From IMG/VR virus record IMGVR_UViG_3300020419_001132: a DNA stretch of 64,000 nt; one strand, written 5' to 3'. The notes under the pieces were generated by a model. The model searched no databases. It was not told where the DNA came from and saw only the letters and a program-made list of their open reading frames with translations. The stretch is from a virus (lineage: Duplodnaviria > Caudoviricetes). A program made the translations under genes and the position numbers. Shown piece after piece: positions 64,000 through 64,000 of the stretch; position 1 is the stretch's first letter; each line of letters begins with the position of its first letter.

Positions 64000-64000
64000 T

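Noticed and set aside
1-64000. CRISPR array, transposon or integrase
   Set aside because: No regularly spaced direct repeats, terminal inverted repeats, transposase or integrase motifs were seen.

Overview
AT-rich, gene-dense 64-kb segment of a large tailed dsDNA phage (T4-related myovirus-like), coded almost entirely on the minus strand with the standard genetic code. The host is probably a marine alphaproteobacterium, inferred from a circularly permuted two-piece tmRNA, pseudoazurin, zf-CHCC, a CtaH-like protein, the hemO-pcyX cassette and UvsE. Order: tail/baseplate module with a partial S8 protease and a 3252-aa fibre protein (1-12.8 kb); accessory and host-takeover genes including iscA, uvsE, queD, DNA ligase, tRNA-Trp, clpP, pseudoazurin, pcyX/hemO, clpS, hsp20, guaC and bS21 (12.8-36 kb); envelope, lipoprotein and cell-wall hydrolase cluster (36-43 kb); carbamoyltransferase, tmRNA, grx-nrdB-nrdA (43-49 kb); tailspike, exonuclease, Nfu and a block of putative head-internal proteins (49-61 kb); lipase, prs and partial pstB (61-64 kb). 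Most interesting patterns read from the sequence: (1) 13 genes with TAAATA 4-5 nt before an ATG lacking an SD, suggesting leaderless late mRNAs; (2) about 12 proteins with T4 capsid-targeting-like N-termini, among them an adjacent ligase-fold plus PolX-like pair, a candidate virion-delivered repair module; (3) two A-AAA-AAG -1 frameshift candidates; (4) a four-hairpin leader before three small proteins and a ROSE-like thermometer before hsp20. All family assignments come from motif recognition by eye; no database searches were run.
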